From Mytilus edulis (Eukaryota): a stretch of 64,000 nt of DNA. Under the pieces are notes generated by a model, which searched no databases, was not told where the DNA came from, and was given only the letters and a program-made list of their open reading frames with translations. The stretch spans positions 8,680,001 through 8,744,000 of the forward strand of contig NC_092353.1 of assembly GCF_963676685.1 (NCBI RefSeq), read 5' to 3'. Below are positions 59,691-64,000 of this stretch, in pieces. Both the position numbers and the translations under genes were made by a program. Numbering within the stretch: the stretch's first letter is position 1; every line of letters starts with the position of its first letter.

Positions 59691-62252
59691 ATGCCGACGT
59701 TAGTTTACCTTATCATATCTTTAATTGATGTAACGGCATATGCACATAACTGTCAAATAATAAGACAAGATAATCAAACAATTGCAGATTGCACCAGACT
59801 TAAATTTAAAGATGTTCCGACAGATTTACCATTAGATATAGCAGGTCTTGATCTGAGCTACAATCAAATATCGACTATTAAAAACAATGTCTTTGAATCT
59901 TTTTCAAATTTGACTACACTAACGATGGATTTTAACAATCTTCATACCTTATACGAAGATGCCTTTAAAGGTTTGAAACACTTACGATGGCTTTCAATGA
60001 ATCATAATCACCTTAACATATCGTCAAAAGTATTTGGCCTTGTTCTTAGACCGTTATTACGTCTACAACACTTAGATATCAGATATAATATAAATAAAAC
60101 GTTGAATAAAGAAAAACCTATGGTTTATCCCTACTTCGGAAATTTGTCATATTTAACCGATTTGTATATGGATCTTGCTGAAAAACCTTTCCTGAAGTTA
60201 TGTGGATTCCAAAAGTTAATGCAACTTAAGACCATAAAGTTTGCAAAATGTTATTTGAACCAGATGTCCAATACAACTTTATTAGATTTACCACGAACGA
60301 TAACTGCAATATTCTTCCACGAGTGTTTCGGTAGAATAACGATTGTAGAAGCAGATTTTTTGAAGCCTTTTCCTTCACTTCAAATATTGAGTATTGATGG
60401 AGCAGCTATACCATTAGGAGATGCTTTAAAACTTCTTTACCCTTTAATGCAGAAAAACATGACCTCTATCACTTTCAAAGGTATTGAACCTTGTATTCCA
60501 AAACCCGTGTTTATTACCTGTGAAATGGTTAAATATTTGCAACGCATTTGTGTAAAAACCCTTGTTATAGCGGAATGTAATATTGTAGGATACGAGGGAA
60601 AGTCTCTACTAACATTGGATTATCCTGAATGTCTACACAATGTTGTACTCTCAGGCAACCGATTTTCAATAGCACTAGGATCCCATTACGGGGATCTGGT
60701 AATATTCATGAAGAAAGCTATAAACATAAGATATTTTGATTTGTCGTATAATGCAATTAGTTTCAACAATATTGAATACTGCAATTTAAACGTGTTGGAA
60801 AACCCTTCTTATAGAAATGAAGTATATAGCAAAGGCTGCAAAATAAAAACTGGAACTGAAACTGGAATTGAAAATTACAACTCAGAATTGGTGAAAGCTC
60901 AAATAGTTAATGAATCAAAAGTAACAATTGCTTTGCCTGCAAAGCTCACTTTTCTACGAGTATCCCATTATATGACATCATATATTGAGACAGAACAAAA
61001 GTTAATTGTAACTAATGCCAGTAATCTTAGATATTTAGATTTCTCATATTGGCAGATTAAGCAGTTTCCTCAAATATATTCAGATGCTCCTTTTAATGTT
61101 AAATACATGGACATTTCTGGACTTAACGCAAGTATTCTAATTCATAAGACGTCAATACCTGTTTTTCAAAATGTCCAAACTGCAATTTTAAAAAATGCCA
61201 TGCTTAGTCTAACAACTGGTAAGAATGGCAAAGTTTTTCAACTATTTCCGGTCGTAGAAAAACTAGATATATCATACAACAACTTATGGTACCTAGATGA
61301 AGATGCCTTTGAAACAAACGTAAACTTGTCAAATGTCAATATAGCACACAATTTACTGCCAGCTATACCTATAGCAGTGATGAATTTGCCTCACTTAAGT
61401 AAACTGGATATAAGTTACAACCGCCTTCAAACAATCAATAAAACATTTAGAGATTGGATAGATGAGAAAAGTTATGGAGGAATATTTTATTTGTCGATAG
61501 AAGGAAACAGTCTTAAATGTACATGTGACACGTCAGATTTTATAATGTGGCTCTTCGGAACAAATGTCGTTTTTGATCGGGCCAATAAAAATTTCAGCTG
61601 CACATTGACAAATGGATCAGAAAGTAACACAGTGGTTGTATACAGACGATTTCATGAACTCTTTAGCAACTGCAATAGCAAAAGTTGGTTACGACTAGGA
61701 ATAGGGCTTCTTGTTGCATTTGTCATTTTCACTGTTCCACTTGCAGTAATATTTAATTTCCGATGGAAAATAACGTTTTGGATGTATCGAAACTTTAAAA
61801 GAGTCGTAGAAGACAGATTAGAAAGAAAATATAATCATGACATTTACTTGTCATATGCCGATGACATGCTTCAGTGGGTTCAAGGCGATTTTCTTCAGAG
61901 AATAGAGACATCGTGGCACATGAATGTATGCGTAGAAGACCGTGATTTCCAACTTGGAGTGCCGAAAGCAGATGAAATAGCAAATGCTATAGCTGGCAGC
62001 AAACATGTAATATTTATCATGTCTGAGTCGTACAAAGATAACGAGTGGAATAAATTTGTAATCGAAAGAGTCACGTTCGAAAAATGCAGAAATTACTTAC
62101 AAAAAATAATAATAGTAGTAAAACATGCTTCAGTTAATAGTGTTCCACACGAGTTAGACGGCATTCTTCAATATGTCACTATAATAAACTGGGCTGATAA
62201 CGAGACTGGCTGGGACAAACTGCGCATGTCATTGTTCACTGATTCCTTTTAA
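59691..62252 (+). CDS. Toll-like receptor (single cysteine cluster type; LRR-TM-TIR), intronless CDS, 853 aa
   Basis: Signal peptide, LRRNT, LxxLDLSxN repeats, LRRCT (GNSLKCTCD...C...C), TM helix LGIGLLVAFVIFTVPLAVIF, TIR domain (HDIYLSY, EDRDFQLG, IFIMSESY, WDKLR). Confidence 0.93.
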   Translation: MPTLVYLIISLIDVTAYAHNCQIIRQDNQTIADCTRLKFKDVPTDLPLDIAGLDLSYNQISTIKNNVFESFSNLTTLTMDFNNLHTLYEDAFKGLKHLRWLSMNHNHLNISSKVFGLVLRPLLRLQHLDIRYNINKTLNKEKPMVYPYFGNLSYLTDLYMDLAEKPFLKLCGFQKLMQLKTIKFAKCYLNQMSNTTLLDLPRTITAIFFHECFGRITIVEADFLKPFPSLQILSIDGAAIPLGDALKLLYPLMQKNMTSITFKGIEPCIPKPVFITCEMVKYLQRICVKTLVIAECNIVGYEGKSLLTLDYPECLHNVVLSGNRFSIALGSHYGDLVIFMKKAINIRYFDLSYNAISFNNIEYCNLNVLENPSYRNEVYSKGCKIKTGTETGIENYNSELVKAQIVNESKVTIALPAKLTFLRVSHYMTSYIETEQKLIVTNASNLRYLDFSYWQIKQFPQIYSDAPFNVKYMDISGLNASILIHKTSIPVFQNVQTAILKNAMLSLTTGKNGKVFQLFPVVEKLDISYNNLWYLDEDAFETNVNLSNVNIAHNLLPAIPIAVMNLPHLSKLDISYNRLQTINKTFRDWIDEKSYGGIFYLSIEGNSLKCTCDTSDFIMWLFGTNVVFDRANKNFSCTLTNGSESNTVVVYRRFHELFSNCNSKSWLRLGIGLLVAFVIFTVPLAVIFNFRWKITFWMYRNFKRVVEDRLERKYNHDIYLSYADDMLQWVQGDFLQRIETSWHMNVCVEDRDFQLGVPKADEIANAIAGSKHVIFIMSESYKDNEWNKFVIERVTFEKCRNYLQKIIIVVKHASVNSVPHELDGILQYVTIINWADNETGWDKLRMSLFTDSF

Positions 62253-62861
62253 TTGATGCAATAGTTATCAATGATTAGCATGCAAAAACAATTCTGATTA
62301 TACAGTATGTACATTAGCTATTAGGAAATTATTGAAAGATAAATCTTCGACTATTAATTGGTTTAAACATTGTCCATTATTCCTACTTTGATATTTAGTC
62401 TGTAAATGACATATTTACATGTAGGTGTAAATTCTTCGTGAAAAGATCCCAATCGGTCAAGTCGATCTACTATTCTAATCAGACAATAATGTTAGATATG
62501 AATTGTAATGAAACCCCCTAATTCAAGTGAGTACTTTTTAAACTATACATAAAGTAGTGTCCAATTTTCTGTTGTTTTATCTCTAAAGGAGATATTAATG
62601 TACATCATTTTGCAGACCACAACGACTTAGGCAAATAATAAAAAATCTGAAATGGTGTTACATACTTTAAAGGTGAAAAGTATCAAATAAAGTTAGCATA
62701 AGTACATAGTTGTATGCTTTATTAAGTATTTTTCGTGTTGTTGAAAGTTTCCATTTTTGTTTACGTTACCTTCGTCTGATGATGTGTCATTACCCAATCT
62801 AAACATAGTGCTTAAGTTGAACAAAAACTTATAGGTATCATTTTAAGAAATACTCTTTATG

Positions 62862-63826
62862 TATTACTGAACAATTATTACACCAGGGTTTTCGATATCA
62901 CAAACTAGTCAAAACACTTACTAAATTTTATCATCGGTATAAGGACATCATTCGTAAATATAGCTCAACATGCAGATTTCTTATACGTTCAGGTATTTCA
63001 CATCCAATTTTTTATGGAAATATTCTTTATAAAGCACAAATGTGTCAGTATTCACCTCAAAAACTAACAAAACCTTTGAATAGACTTATTAAGAAGGGAT
63101 ATAGTTACGATACTGTTGTCCGGTCATTAAAGATTGCATATTTTGGCGTTAATATTGATTCACTTATAGGGTCTTTGCATCGGAACTAAACACATTTATT
63201 CTAAAACCAGTTGTTGTTATGACACGGGTTATGTTCTTCTCATATATGTTATGATGGTATGATACTAAACCCCTAACGGGAAGGATTGTGCCTGATGTTC
63301 ATATGATGAAATCATAATCTTTCAGTCAGTTTAATTGAAGTCTGGAGCTGGCATGTCAGTTAACTGCTAGTAGTCTGTTGTTATTTATGTATTATTGTCA
63401 TTTTGTTTATTTTCTTTGGTTACATCTTCTGACATCAGACTCGGACTTCTCTTGAACTGAAATTTAATGTGCGTATTGTTATGCGTTTACTTTTATACAT
63501 TGGCTAGAGATATAGGGGGAGGGTTGAGATTTCATAAACATGTTTAACCCCGCCGCATTTTTGCGCCTGTCCCAAGTCAGGAGCCTCTGGCCTTTGTTAG
63601 TCTTGTATTATTTTAATTTTAGTTTCTTGTGTACAATTTGGAAATTAGTATGGCGTTCATTATCACTGAACTAGTATATATTTGTTTAGGGGCCAGCTGA
63701 AGGACGCCTCCGGGTGCAGGAATTTCTCGCTACATTGAAGACCTGTTGGTGACCTTCTGCTGTTGTTTTTTTCTATGGTCGGGTTGTTGTCTCTTTGGCA
63801 CATTCCCCATTTCCATTCTCAATTTT
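62862..63826 (+). mobile_element. 5'-truncated Penelope-like (Naiad-type) retroelement 3' end with SECIS-bearing 3' UTR
   Basis: Open frame 62863-63189 (ITEQLLHQGFRYHKLVKTLTKFYHRYKDII...GISHPIFYG...LHRN*) aligns by eye with the PLE RT thumb region at 6058-6402 (LTRKLLNQEFQMVKLKSSHRKFYGRH). No GIY-YIG domain follows. The ~640-nt 3' UTR is nearly identical to the reverse complement of 52625-53500. Confidence 0.8.
63240..63306 (+). promoter_or_regulatory. type II SECIS-like RNA element
   Basis: Helix I TCATAT/ATATGA; core ATGAT...TGAT; helix II GGTATGATACT/AGGATTGTGCC (10 of 11 positions pair, including GU); unpaired AAA 11 nt after the core; apical mini-helix CCC-CTAAC-GGG; 50 nt downstream of the element ORF stop. 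Confidence 0.8.
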
Positions 63827-64000
63827 ATCTGTAACTATAAACTCTGAACAATAACTTTATATTTGTTTAATATAACTTTAAGGAGTAACTATTTACACCA
63901 ATGTTGTATGATAACGTTCGTTAATTACTTTTTTAAGGAAATTTGTTCTGGAGACAGGATGTTTATGTTAAAGTTATAATATCTAAATATAAAAGTAATA

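Overview
AT-rich, intron-containing animal genomic DNA. The repeat families look bivalve, most likely mussel (Mytilus); this is pattern recognition, not a database result. Four host genes can be built by hand. (1) A 9-coding-exon BDH2/DHRS6-type short-chain dehydrogenase (minus, 15441-25160). (2) A 10-exon pyridoxal kinase (plus, 36923-47750) with one GC-AG intron. (3) A 4-exon dermatopontin/haemagglutinin-amoebocyte-aggregation-factor-like secreted protein (minus, 51089-54811). (4) A single-exon Toll-like receptor (plus, 59691-62252). They form two head-to-head pairs. Between BDH2 and PDXK lies a 9-kb nest of two APE-RT LINEs: an apparently intact plus-strand element, whose ORF1 and ORF2 are in one frame separated by a single TAG, sits inside a minus-strand element that has lost about 0.9 kb. 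The rest is dense in 5'-truncated Penelope-like (Naiad-type) retroelement ends, minimal hammerhead ribozymes, Helentron-type elements with internal tandem arrays, TIR MITEs and a 60-bp minisatellite. The strongest hidden signal is a canonical type II SECIS (selenocysteine insertion) hairpin in the 3' UTR of one Penelope-like family. It occurs in two inverted copies, each in sense orientation beside or inside a host immune gene.
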